Shown piece by piece: positions 35,544-42,315 of a stretch of DNA of 64,000 bases. The notes beneath the pieces are model-generated. The model was not told where the DNA came from. It saw only the letters and a list, made by a program, of their open reading frames with translations, and did no database searches. The stretch spans positions 8,059 through 72,058 of the forward strand of contig JACKGL010000003.1 of the NCBI GenBank assembly GCA_020631955.1, in the 5' to 3' direction. The position numbers were made by a program, and so were the translations under genes. Source of the stretch: Candidatus Nomurabacteria bacterium (lineage in GTDB: Bacteria > Patescibacteriota > Minisyncoccia > Phycocordibacterales > UBA9973). Each line of letters begins with the position of its first letter. The stretch's first letter is position 1.

Positions 35544-37022
35544 ATGCAAAGCAAAATACAGTATTTCTTAATTTTGTCTATTTTTTCATTAGGGATATTA
35601 CTTCCAAGAAGTGATGTATTTGCTCTCCGTATAAATGAGATTATGTATGATGCTCCAGGTTCTGATACTGGAGCTGAATGGGTAGAGATATATAACGATG
35701 AAGGTTCATCTGTGAATCTATCCGGCTATAAGTTTTTTGAAGCAGACACCAACCACGGGCTCACTCTTATATCTGGTAACAGCACTTTAGCTTCTGGTGA
35801 TTTTGCTATTATAGTTTCTGATCCTACTATTTTTGAATCTATTTATCCTGGTGTGAGTGTCAGTATTTTTGATTCTAGTTTTTCTCTAGTGAACACAGGA
35901 GGTGAGTATATAGCTATCAAAGACGCTTCGGGTAATGTATTGGATGGACTTACATATGATCCAAGTATAGGAGCAGGAGATAACGGCAACACATTATCTT
36001 ATTCTTCTGGTGTGTGGGTATCAGCCAGTCCAACACCTGGTACTACCAACGCATCTGGCTCTACAGAAAATACCGATGATACAAACGAGGATACTTCTGG
36101 TTCTAATAGTGATTCTGATTCAGATACAGTAAACAGTACAACTTCTTCTTCTGACGGAACTGTGTCTAGTTCAGAAAATGTTGTAGAGACAGTTTGGACT
36201 ATGGAAATAAAAGCTCCAGCGTATGGGATAGTGGGTTCTGATGTAGTTTTTGAATCTGAAGTTTATAATAATAACGGTAAAAAAGTTTATCCTGGGAAAT
36301 TGGTTTGGAATATGGGGGATGGTACTGTCATACATCAAGACAGTGCTGGAGAACTAAGACATACTTATTTTTCTACAGGAACTTATGTGGTATATGTAGA
36401 TTATTACAAAGCTACATCTTTTCCTGCAGATGAACCTGTAGTTTCAGCTAGAGTAAATCTAAATGTAAATAACAATACTTTTACTATAGAAAGAGGAAAA
36501 GAGATAGGTTTTCTGACAGATGTAGTACTCACAAATAAAAGTGGTAAAGAAGTAAATCTGGGTGATTGGAAAATAGTAGGTGATTTACATACTTACACTA
36601 TACCTAAAAATACAATATCTATTTATGGTAAGGATCTTACACTATCTGGAACTGCGACGGGTTTTACTACTGGTGATGAAACTATTACTCTGTACGATCC
36701 GAGTGGAACAAATGTTGCTTCATATAACGTAAATCAAAAACCTGATACCGTAATAACATCTTCAAGTAGAAGCTCCTCTGGTTCTTATAGTACAGGTAAT
36801 ATTATCTCGTCTTCTAGCAACAATATAGATAGTAAGTCTTTGGAAGCAAATGTAGGAGATGCTTACGAAAAAATAAAAGATAAAAATCCAAATATACTAC
36901 TGTATATACTGCTTATAATAGCTATCATGTTTATGGGAGCTGGTTTGGGTATATATTTTTTCTCAAATAAAAAATCTACAGTAAAGGATCAAGATGATTT
37001 AGATAAATACAACTTTATTTAA
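35544..37022 (+). CDS. Cell-surface protein with lamin-tail domain(s), PKD-like domain and C-terminal TM anchor
   Basis: LTD motif LRINEIMYDAPGSDTGAEWVEIYNDEGSSVNLSGYKF. PKD-like WNMGDGTVIHQDSAGELRHTYFSTGTYVV. S/T/N/D-rich linker and C-terminal hydrophobic helix. Confidence 0.8.
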   Translation: MQSKIQYFLILSIFSLGILLPRSDVFALRINEIMYDAPGSDTGAEWVEIYNDEGSSVNLSGYKFFEADTNHGLTLISGNSTLASGDFAIIVSDPTIFESIYPGVSVSIFDSSFSLVNTGGEYIAIKDASGNVLDGLTYDPSIGAGDNGNTLSYSSGVWVSASPTPGTTNASGSTENTDDTNEDTSGSNSDSDSDTVNSTTSSSDGTVSSSENVVETVWTMEIKAPAYGIVGSDVVFESEVYNNNGKKVYPGKLVWNMGDGTVIHQDSAGELRHTYFSTGTYVVYVDYYKATSFPADEPVVSARVNLNVNNNTFTIERGKEIGFLTDVVLTNKSGKEVNLGDWKIVGDLHTYTIPKNTISIYGKDLTLSGTATGFTTGDETITLYDPSGTNVASYNVNQKPDTVITSSSRSSSGSYSTGNIISSSSNNIDSKSLEANVGDAYEKIKDKNPNILLYILLIIAIMFMGAGLGIYFFSNKKSTVKDQDDLDKYNFI

Positions 37023-37593
37023 TCTGTTCTATTTTATTTAAAATACTTGGTATTTTTTTGAAGTCTTTCATTAAGGTCTCTCTCATACTTCCGTTATACA
37101 GTGCTGCTGCGGGATGGTAGAGCGGTAAGAAATATTCTACAGGGAAGTCTGAGAATTTTTTATGTATTAGTTTTCCATGTGCTGTACTTATTTTTAGGTC
37201 AGGGAAAAAGTCATTCATAGAGTGGCGACCTAAAAATACTATTAATTTTGGAGATATTGATTTGAGTTCTTCGTAGAGCCACTCTCTACAAGCTGACTTT
37301 TCTTCTGGTAGAGGATCTCTATTTTTAGGAGGTCTGTATTTTACTATGTTTGTGATATAGATATCTTCTCTCTTTAGTTTTATAGTAGATAGCATTTCAT
37401 CCAAGAATTTACCTGCCGATCCAACAAAAGGCACACCTGTTTCATCTTCTTTTTGTCCTGGAGCTTCTCCTATGAAAACTATATCTGCTTTTGGGTTTCC
37501 ATGACCTTTTACAGCCTGATTAGCAGTCTTTTTCAGTTCACAGGTGCAGTTTTCTATCCAGTATAGATGTATAGCTTCCAGGTCTTTTTTCAT
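37015..37593 (-). CDS. Uracil-DNA glycosylase, family 4
   Basis: GEAPGQKEDETGVPFVGSAGKFLD and HPAAALYN motifs. Start at MKKDLEAIHLYW (ATG 37591-37593). Confidence 0.88.
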   Translation of the reverse strand: MKKDLEAIHLYWIENCTCELKKTANQAVKGHGNPKADIVFIGEAPGQKEDETGVPFVGSAGKFLDEMLSTIKLKREDIYITNIVKYRPPKNRDPLPEEKSACREWLYEELKSISPKLIVFLGRHSMNDFFPDLKISTAHGKLIHKKFSDFPVEYFLPLYHPAAALYNGSMRETLMKDFKKIPSILNKIEQIK

Positions 37594-37631
37594 GCTTTCA
37601 TTATACAATAATATTTGGTATATTATCGTGC

Positions 37632-37949
37632 ATGGGAATAAAATCATTTTTAACAAAACAAGTATTAAAAGCAAAAGGAGTTAGTGGAGAAGAAGCGGAT
37701 AGAATATCTAAAATGATGGATGAAAATCCTGCGCTTGTAGACTCTCTAAAGGAGCTTGAAAAAAACAAAGAACTCAAAACTCTTTTTGAAAACATACAAA
37801 AAGAAATAGATGAAAAGAAAAAGTCCGGTATGCCAGAAATGTATGCCATGATGAATGTGATGAGTAAATACAAAGAACAGGTGAGAAAGTATCAAAACGA
37901 ACTCGCGCCTTTACTACAAATAATGCAAGGCATGCAAGGTAAGAAATAA
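37632..37949 (+). CDS. Hypothetical helical protein (105 aa), Met/Gln-rich C-terminus
   Basis: ORF immediately upstream of ychF; no motif recognised. Confidence 0.5.
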   Translation: MGIKSFLTKQVLKAKGVSGEEADRISKMMDENPALVDSLKELEKNKELKTLFENIQKEIDEKKKSGMPEMYAMMNVMSKYKEQVRKYQNELAPLLQIMQGMQGKK

Positions 37950-37954
37950 TCCAT

Positions 37955-39067
37955 ATGAAACTCCAGATAGGTATAGTGGGGCTACCAAACGTAGGCAAAT
38001 CCACACTCTTTAACGCACTAACAAAAAAAAGTGTTCCAGCAGAAAATTATCCTTTTTGTACTATAGATCCATCTGTGGGTATTGTTTCTGTGCCAGATGA
38101 AAGACTTTATAAACTTTCAGAATTTTCAAAATCAGAAAAGACACTTCCTGCTGTAGTAGAATTCGTAGATATTGCAGGTCTAGTGGAAGGAGCTTCTAAA
38201 GGTGAAGGATTGGGTAATCAATTTCTTTCTCACATACGTGAAGTAGACGCCATACTTGAGATGGTGAGACTTTTTGAAATAGTAGGTGGAGATGATGACA
38301 TCACTCATGTGTACGGCAACGTAGACCCTATGCGTGATATAAAGGTTATCAATATGGAGCTTATGCTTTCTGATCTTGAGACTGTGACAAAAAGACTTGG
38401 TAATATTGCTAGAGATGTAAAGAAAAATGAAAAGGAGGCTATCATAGAAGAGTCTGCTCTAAAAAAAGTAATACTGGCTCTGGAGAAAGAAGATATGATA
38501 AATACTATCGACTTTACCGAAGCAGAAGAAAAGAAGGTAAAGGCGCTGAATCTTCTAACTTCAAAAAAGATAATATATGGACTTAACAAAAGATCTGGGT
38601 CAAAAAACTTTGATGAAGAAAATCCAGCTATGTTTAAAGAGCTTACCGACTTTATAGAACAAAACGGTGCTGGATGGGTAGTGATAGATGCCAAAATAGA
38701 AAACGAACTAAAAGACTTTGAAGGAAATGAAAGAGAAGAAATGAGAGAAGCTATAGGTGCTCCTAAAGATGATGGAATAAATACTCTTATAAAGTCTTGC
38801 TACAACCTGCTAGATCTTTGTACTTATTTCACCACAGGACCTGATGAGACTCGTGGGTGGACTATAAAAAAGGGAAGCAGTGCTCCAGTTGCGGGTATGG
38901 CTATACATACAGACTTCAAAGACAAATTTATACGAGCTGAGGTGATAAACTGGCAAGATCTACTAACAGCTGGTAGCTACGCCAACGCTAGAGCTCAAGG
39001 TAAGCTACGTACAGAAGGAAAAGAATATATAGTCAAAGACGGAGACGTAGTGGAGTTTAAGATCTAG
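37955..39067 (+). CDS. ychF: Ribosome-binding ATPase YchF
   Basis: GIVGLPNVGKSTLFNALT, DIAGLVEGASKGEGLGNQFL, C-terminal TGS-like YIVKDGDVVEFK. Confidence 0.95.
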   Translation: MKLQIGIVGLPNVGKSTLFNALTKKSVPAENYPFCTIDPSVGIVSVPDERLYKLSEFSKSEKTLPAVVEFVDIAGLVEGASKGEGLGNQFLSHIREVDAILEMVRLFEIVGGDDDITHVYGNVDPMRDIKVINMELMLSDLETVTKRLGNIARDVKKNEKEAIIEESALKKVILALEKEDMINTIDFTEAEEKKVKALNLLTSKKIIYGLNKRSGSKNFDEENPAMFKELTDFIEQNGAGWVVIDAKIENELKDFEGNEREEMREAIGAPKDDGINTLIKSCYNLLDLCTYFTTGPDETRGWTIKKGSSAPVAGMAIHTDFKDKFIRAEVINWQDLLTAGSYANARAQGKLRTEGKEYIVKDGDVVEFKI

Positions 39068-39098
39068 TTTTAGTTTGACTTCCTCTTATCTTAGAGAT

Positions 39099-39638
39099 AT
39101 GCTGAAAAAAAGCATAGTCATGGATATAGACAAGATAATTATTGTTCGAGCCAGGCAGTCGACTTTAGACTCCCTGAAGCGCATAGTGAGATATTTTAAT
39201 AAAAAGAATTCACATCGTCTTTATGCCACCACTGATCCTGACACCGCATTATCATGGGTAAAACCTGATAATAATTATATTTTTGTAACAGGTAACCATT
39301 TCCAGGGTATAGAAAGAAACTCAGAACTTTCCAAAATGGCTTTGTTTGTGAGGAATACTTCTCCCGAGTCGATAATCATAGGATATTCGTCGACCTTCGG
39401 TGAAGTTGCGGATAAAAGTTTGGATTTTTATTTTGATCTTAACGATAAGTCGATGTATGAGGACATAAGTTCTTCTATCAGTGTTAAACTCAATTCTATG
39501 GGGCTTGATGTTCAAAACTACAGACTGGGGACATTTCTCTCTCTTCCTTTTGAAGATTTGGAAAGAGAAAGGTTGATAGAGATACTCAATCATCCAGTAG
39601 ACTGGGAGCAGGAGCTTAAAGATCTCAAAAGAGCATAA
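39099..39638 (+). CDS. Hypothetical protein (about 179 aa)
   Basis: ORF with terminator GAGCATCC/GGATGCTT at about 39645-39672. Start uncertain (TTG 39075, ATG 39099 or 39120). Confidence 0.5.
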   Translation: MLKKSIVMDIDKIIIVRARQSTLDSLKRIVRYFNKKNSHRLYATTDPDTALSWVKPDNNYIFVTGNHFQGIERNSELSKMALFVRNTSPESIIIGYSSTFGEVADKSLDFYFDLNDKSMYEDISSSISVKLNSMGLDVQNYRLGTFLSLPFEDLERERLIEILNHPVDWEQELKDLKRA

Positions 39639-39701
39639 AATATATAGGAGCATCCTTATGGATGCTTTTTATTATTACCAATAAATCTGTATAATAGTTA
39701 C

Positions 39702-40265
39702 ATGAAAGCCAAAAAAAGTTCAAAAATATTTGTCCTACCGACTGATACTCTCTACGGTATATGTACATCTGCTTTTGATAAAAAATCCGTACAAAAGATA
39801 TATGATTTAAAAGGAAGAGATGAAAATAAACCTTTTATTATTCTTATATCTAAAGTATCTGACTTGGAGAAATTTGGAATAGAGAAAGATGTGATCAAAA
39901 AAAATAAAAAGTTTTTAGACAGTGTATGGCCAGGGAAGGTGAGCGTGATATTACCTTTGTCTAAGTCAGCTATAAAAAAATACACATACTTACACCGTGG
40001 TACAAACAAACTGGCATTTAGATTGCCACGCAAAAAAATAACTCAAACATATATCAAAAAATACGGTCCACTTGTAGCTCCTTCTGCCAACACTCAAGGT
40101 AAAAAGCCGTCTGAAAACATAAAAGAAGCCAAGAAGTATTTTGGAGACAGTGTGGACTTGTATGTAGCAGGAGGTAGACTCGTGGGTAAACCTTCTACAA
40201 TCCTTGAAATTACAACACAAGGAGTCAATATTGTGCGACAAGGAGCAAAAGAGTTAAAATTATAA
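39702..40265 (+). CDS. tsaC: L-threonylcarbamoyladenylate synthase (TsaC/YrdC family)
   Basis: VLPTDTLYGICTSAFDKKSVQKIYDLKGRDENKPFIILI and APSANTQGKKP motifs. Confidence 0.88.
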   Translation: MKAKKSSKIFVLPTDTLYGICTSAFDKKSVQKIYDLKGRDENKPFIILISKVSDLEKFGIEKDVIKKNKKFLDSVWPGKVSVILPLSKSAIKKYTYLHRGTNKLAFRLPRKKITQTYIKKYGPLVAPSANTQGKKPSENIKEAKKYFGDSVDLYVAGGRLVGKPSTILEITTQGVNIVRQGAKELKL

Positions 40266-40292
40266 TTACCTTACCAACTAATAAAAAAAACA

Positions 40293-41531
40293 ATGCAAAA
40301 CACACCATTTGAGAATTATAAAAAGAGAGTACTTAGTACTATGGAAAAGTCAGGTATGCCTAAAGAGTATGCTACTCCTTTTCTAGAACCAGAAAATATT
40401 GTCGAAGGAAATATAGATGTAAAGATGGATGATGGAAGTACTAAGAAGTTTAAAGGTTATCGAGTGCAATACAACAGCGCTAGAGGTCCTTATAAAGGAG
40501 GAATAAGATTTCACCAAGACGCAGATCTAGACGAAGTCAAAGCACTAGCTGCTCTTATGGCTATAAAGTGTGCAGTTGTTGGTATACCTATGGGTGGAGG
40601 AAAAGGTGGTGTGACTGTAAACCCAAAGGAACTATCTAAAAAAGAAATAGAAAACTTATCTAGAGGCTGGGTCAGGCTTATGGGTGACAATATAGGAGTA
40701 GACAAAGACATTCCAGCACCTGATGTAAATACTACACCTGAGATCATGGGCTATATGTTAGATGAGTTTGAGAAAATAAACAAAAGAAATGAACCTGGTA
40801 TGATCACAGGTAAACCACTTGCCTTAGGTGGCTCCCAAGGAAGAACACCAGCTACAGGCCAGGGTGGTTTTTATGTTTTGGAATCACTTATGAAAGCGCT
40901 AGGTAAAAAAGAAAAAGGTACCATAGCTATACAAGGTTTTGGTAATGTTGGATATTATTTTGCGAGACTTGTACATGATGCAGGGTATAAAGTAGTAGCC
41001 GTGTCTGACTCAAAAGAGGGTATATACGTACCAGGAGGTATAGACCCAGTAGCAGCAGAAAACCTCAAATCTTCAGGAAAAAGACTTAGTGATTATGATG
41101 GAGCACAGGTGATAACAAATGAAGAACTTTTGGAGCTCGACGTAGATATACTTGTGCCAGCAGCTCTGGACAACCAAATAAGAGAAGACAATGCCAAGAA
41201 CATAAAAGCTATGTTTATCATTGAGCTAGCCAACGGACCTATTACTCCAGAGGCAGACGTTATATTGGAAAACGCCGGTGTCATAGTGGTACCAGATGTG
41301 CTTGCCAACGCTGGAGGTGTGACAGTGTCTTATTTCGAATGGGTACAAAACAGATCTCAGTTTTATTGGACTGAGGAAGAAGTGCTTGCAAAACTAAAGC
41401 CGATCATGGACGATGCTTTCGAAAAAGTATTTATCGCTTCCAAAGAAAAAGAGATAAGTATGAGAGAAGGAGCTTTCTATGTAGCTCTCGAAAGACTAGT
41501 AGAATCCATGAAACTTCGCGGGAGAATATAA
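40293..41531 (+). CDS. gdhA: Glutamate dehydrogenase (Glu/Leu/Phe/Val dehydrogenase family)
   Basis: KGGIRFH, GIPMGGGKGG, GFGNVGYY Rossmann motif. Confidence 0.94.
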   Translation: MQNTPFENYKKRVLSTMEKSGMPKEYATPFLEPENIVEGNIDVKMDDGSTKKFKGYRVQYNSARGPYKGGIRFHQDADLDEVKALAALMAIKCAVVGIPMGGGKGGVTVNPKELSKKEIENLSRGWVRLMGDNIGVDKDIPAPDVNTTPEIMGYMLDEFEKINKRNEPGMITGKPLALGGSQGRTPATGQGGFYVLESLMKALGKKEKGTIAIQGFGNVGYYFARLVHDAGYKVVAVSDSKEGIYVPGGIDPVAAENLKSSGKRLSDYDGAQVITNEELLELDVDILVPAALDNQIREDNAKNIKAMFIIELANGPITPEADVILENAGVIVVPDVLANAGGVTVSYFEWVQNRSQFYWTEEEVLAKLKPIMDDAFEKVFIASKEKEISMREGAFYVALERLVESMKLRGRI

Positions 41532-42125
41532 TTATTTCTTCACAGCTATTTTTCTAGACAGTTTTTTGGTTGTTTTTACGGTAGGTTTCTTACTTACTAA
41601 CTTTTTGTCTTTTTGAGCTCTATTTTCTTTTACTTTGTTTAGCTCGTCTATGATAGATATAAGTGTTTTTTCTATTCTATCGAAAGAAGCCTTGTCGAAC
41701 TCATGCTCTTGAGTGCTTTTTAGATTTTCACGAAATCTATCTTCTGCTATTTCATCCACGTCTTCGACGATATCTTCTACATCTTCTGCTATTTCATCGA
41801 TGTCTTCTTCAATCTCAGCTACATCTTCCGCGATCTCATCAATATCTTCCTCGATCTCAGCGACATCTTCCTGGATACTTACTATACTAGCGGTGTTTTT
41901 GTTTACAGACATTTGTATGAAGATAGCCAAGTATATAGCTTCAAGTGATACGGCTGTTGTCAGGATCAAAAGTACTTTATCTACGTCTATATGAAAAAAG
42001 ATCAAGGTTATTGCGATGATAAATATGAGAGTATGTACCAAAAGAGACGAAGTAGATCCTACCCAGCGTGTAGCTCGGTTTGCAAAATATTCGATTTTTG
42101 TATTTTGCGGATTATTTTCATTCAT
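41532..42125 (-). CDS. Two-TM membrane protein (DUF1003-like, tentative) with acidic tandem-repeat region and basic tail
   Basis: TM pair LVHTLIFIIAITLIFF / LLILTTAVSLEAIYLAIFIQMSVNKN, then repeats VAEIEEDIDEIAED. Confidence 0.65.
   Translation of the reverse strand: MNENNPQNTKIEYFANRATRWVGSTSSLLVHTLIFIIAITLIFFHIDVDKVLLILTTAVSLEAIYLAIFIQMSVNKNTASIVSIQEDVAEIEEDIDEIAEDVAEIEEDIDEIAEDVEDIVEDVDEIAEDRFRENLKSTQEHEFDKASFDRIEKTLISIIDELNKVKENRAQKDKKLVSKKPTVKTTKKLSRKIAVKK
41744..41872 (-). repeat. About 3 copies of a 42-bp in-frame tandem repeat (14-aa acidic unit)
   Basis: Repeated ...ATCTTC(C/T)GC(G/T)AT(C/T)TCATC(A/G)AT(A/G)TCTTC(C/T)TC(G/A)ATCTCAGC(G/T)AC... units. Confidence 0.75.
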
Positions 42126-42315
42126 AAATAACATATTGAATATACCAAAAAAATGAAGTAAAATAAAGGTATGAGAGAAAGTTACCCTGAATATTTTGGT
42201 CCTGTGGACAGAAAAGATCTAGACATCACTTCTGATGAAAATTTGGATTTGGCTGCAGAAAACCTAAAGGATGCTTTAGATTTTGGAGGTAAGAAATTAG
42301 ACGAAAAGAAAGACA

